Virus record (IMG/VR): IMGVR_UViG_3300031454_000254
Coordinates: 1-26,234 of that record
Strand: one strand, 5' to 3'
DNA length: 26,234 nt
Source: a virus
Lineage: Duplodnaviria; Caudoviricetes
Shown: piece after piece, positions 25,514 to 26,234 of the stretch
How positions within the stretch are numbered: the first letter of the stretch is position 1
How the letters are laid out: every line of letters begins with the position of its first letter
Translations under genes and position numbers: made by a program
Notes under the pieces: generated by a model
What the model saw: the letters and a program-made list of their open reading frames with translations, nothing else
Told to the model about the DNA's origin: nothing
The model's database searches: none

Positions 25514-26234
25514 CTACCCCGTCTTTGGCAGCGCTCTCGACGGTGTTCCGGTCGGCTCCGCCGGGGCCAGCACGAACCGCACGGTGAGCTGGAACTCGGC
25601 GAGCGGCCGGGTCTCTTGCATGCAGGTCACCCGCACGACGTACGAGCCGGGATCGAGTTCCTCGCTCGTCGGGACGGTGATGGTGGCGCCGGCGCTGATC
25701 GGTCCCGGTAGGTGGCGGATCTCGTACCGGGACGTGGTGAACAGCGGTAGGTGCTCGACCTGCAGCTCCGAGTTGGCCGTGGCGGGCACGTCGCAGGGGC
25801 TCACGATCGTGTACCGACGTCCGATCTCACGTCACCGCCGTTGACCACGAACGGCTCGCCGACGAGAGCAGCCGCACGCTCCGCTCCCACAAGCCGGCCG
25901 ACCGCAGCGGGTCGGTGTCGTCGCCGCTGGTGCAGCGGACGATGAGCACGCGGTCGCCGTGGCTGTGGGGCTGGCGGGCCGTCACCACCGCGTCGAAGGA
26001 GCCGTCGGCGGCGACGGCGGCCTGATGGAGGAGCGCGAAGCCGTCCACCGTGGAGACGACCTGGAGCCCGTCCCCAGACCCCGTGGTCGGGTCGACGCAG
26101 CCGCTCCCCGACAGTCGGATGTCGTCGTCGAGGTGGATCTCCGTGGGGGAGACCTCGATTCCGGGCTCGGGGACCGGTGTCGCCGGCTGCCGCTCCGCCG
26201 GCTCGCCGCCGGGGTCGGGCGCCTGCGTGAGCAC
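25514..26234 (-). pseudogene. secreted Ig-like repeat protein, apparently split by frameshifts near 25830-25865; runs off the window
   Basis: IEVSP..LSGSGC..ADGSF..C domain continues into VGEPFVVNGGDV, then EIGRRYTIVSPC..PGSYVVRVTC in shifted frames. Confidence 0.5.

Larger units (their letters stand above)
21115..26234. mobile_element. probable third insertion (genomic island) in cpaF; right end outside window
   Basis: cpaF similarity stops abruptly after GEVRDRE; unrelated accessory and decayed genes follow, including an excisionase-like HTH. Confidence 0.55.

Overview
High-GC actinobacterial DNA (gene style suggests Acidimicrobiia; inference). A tad-pilus ATPase gene (cpaF/tadA) has been split at three different internal sites. 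Two related ~10 kb tail-less, capsid-encoding phage-satellite-like elements sit in tandem, all core genes on the minus strand. Element 1 runs from left of the window to ~10310. Element 2 is complete (10774-20990) and bounded by an 11-bp CTCCCGAACGT att core. Each encodes a large serine integrase, an unknown Cys-containing protein, a tiny putative recombination directionality factor (RDF), an AAA_25 helicase with internal iterons, HNH, TerL, portal, minor head protein, scaffold, HK97-fold capsid and head-tail connector. Neither has a recognisable tail, lysis, TerS or repressor gene. Head modules are very similar (capsids differ at 5 of 290 aa), while integrases, helicases, origins and cargo differ. 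A probable third insertion starts at ~21115 and carries a VOC protein, an ECF sigma/anti-sigma pair and frameshifted genes. The most unusual feature is in element 2's cargo slot (12200-12510): five different ~18-bp palindromes, each framed by fragments of the same absent protein-coding gene (..AAG-[palindrome]-ITEREARDIK..).
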